From assembly GCA_030141605.1 (NCBI GenBank), contig JAQGDQ010000432.1, forward strand, positions 134,731-198,730: a stretch of 64,000 nucleotides of DNA, in the 5' to 3' direction. The stretch comes from Tubiluchus corallicola (Eukaryota > Animalia > Priapulida). Of the stretch, positions 63,401-64,000 are shown piece after piece (position 1 is the stretch's first letter; each line of letters opens with the position of its first letter). The position numbers and the translations under genes are program-made. The notes under the pieces are model-generated. The model ran no database searches. It had not been told where the DNA came from and worked only from the letters and a program-made list of their open reading frames with translations.

Positions 63401-64000
63401 GTAAGAAAAATCCCACTAATGATGTACTAAAAAGTCACTTATCATTGTCACAACTTAGTAAGAAAAATCCCACTAATGATGTACTAAAAAGTCACTTATC
63501 ATTGTCACAACTTAATAAGAAAAATCCTCACTAATGATGTACTAAAAAGTTACTTGTCATTGTCACAACTTAGTAAGAAAAATCCTCACTAATGATGTAC
63601 TAAAAAGTTACTTATCATTGTCACAACTTAATAAGAAAAATCCTCACTAATGATGTACTAAAAATCACTTATCATTGTCACAACTTAATTAGAAAAATAC
63701 CCCCTAATGATGTACTAAAATGTTACTTATCCTTGTCACAACTTAATTACAAAAATCCCCACTAATGATGTACTAAAATGTTTTTAGAGCTAATGTTCTA
63801 AAAATTCTTTAGTGCTGATTTTCTTTATTTCAGTAAATTGTAAATTAAGATGCCGTATCGCTGAGGTGGACAGAAATTAATCAAACGCACCTGTTCAGTA
63901 TTGCATGCAGCTGTACAGCACGTTGCTCTAGTCTGGTGAACATGGTCTGATCATCCTGCATCAGACTAAGCACACAAATTGCAGCAGAAGCCAACATTGG
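60460..64000 (-). CDS. SPTLC1: Serine palmitoyltransferase subunit 1 (LCB1), last 4 exons, 5' part beyond the right edge. Exons: 64000-63891 (partial), 62712-62595, 61545-61472, 60574-60460
   Basis: Phases match. The translation PMLASAAICVLSLMQDDQTMFTRLEQRAVQLHAILNRIEGVDVVGVPVSPFKHLCL...LLEQVVEKAEEQGVALVVARYLNDQEHLLPRPSIRVTVNNCLTEEELEK...* aligns with the recalled SPTLC1 C-terminus (ARYL..E..LPPPSIRV.V...TEEELE). Confidence 0.92.
60903..61370. mobile_element. Tc1/pogo-like MITE related to 50950-51439, right TIR truncated
   Basis: Shares the left ~90 bp and the gatcatagg..gaggtaatttacctgggtttctatt..gggaccggtgttggtgg block with the 51-kb copy. Confidence 0.7.
62206..62390. mobile_element. Short Tc1/pogo-like MITE
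   Basis: TA-cagtcaaacctc ... gattttttactg-TA. Confidence 0.55.
63060..63780. repeat. Tandem repeat, 57-58-bp unit, ~13 copies, in an SPTLC1 intron
   Basis: actaatgatgtactaaaaagttacttgtcattgtcacaacttagtaagaaaaatcctc is repeated. Confidence 0.95.

Overview
AT-rich, intron-containing genomic DNA from an invertebrate animal (lophotrochozoan-like by inference only). Four spliced protein-coding genes can be assembled by hand from GT..AG exons with consistent phases. These are ELP4 (minus strand, 7 exons visible, 3' end runs off the left edge), an Ikaros-family-like C2H2 zinc-finger gene (plus strand, 6 coding exons, ~718 aa, 8 fingers including the C-terminal dimerisation pair, with ~20 kb of upstream non-coding DNA), mitochondrial prolyl-tRNA synthetase PARS2 (plus strand, 13 exons, ~453 aa) and the last 4 exons of SPTLC1 (minus strand, 5' end runs off the right edge). 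Most listed ORFs are spurious. The non-coding DNA is rich in repeats: a 5S-rRNA-headed SINE with an RTE/Ceph-like body and an 11-bp TSD, two copies of a composite piggyBac-MITE-plus-tail element (one flanked by a 36-bp direct repeat), two palindromic Penelope-like elements with hammerhead-ribozyme cores inside PARS2 introns, CR1/L2- and RTE-type LINE 3' ends, several MITE families, Helentron-like elements and tandem arrays of 81, 70, 58, 56, 32 and 24 bp. All gene and repeat-family assignments come from recalled family motifs, not from database searches.
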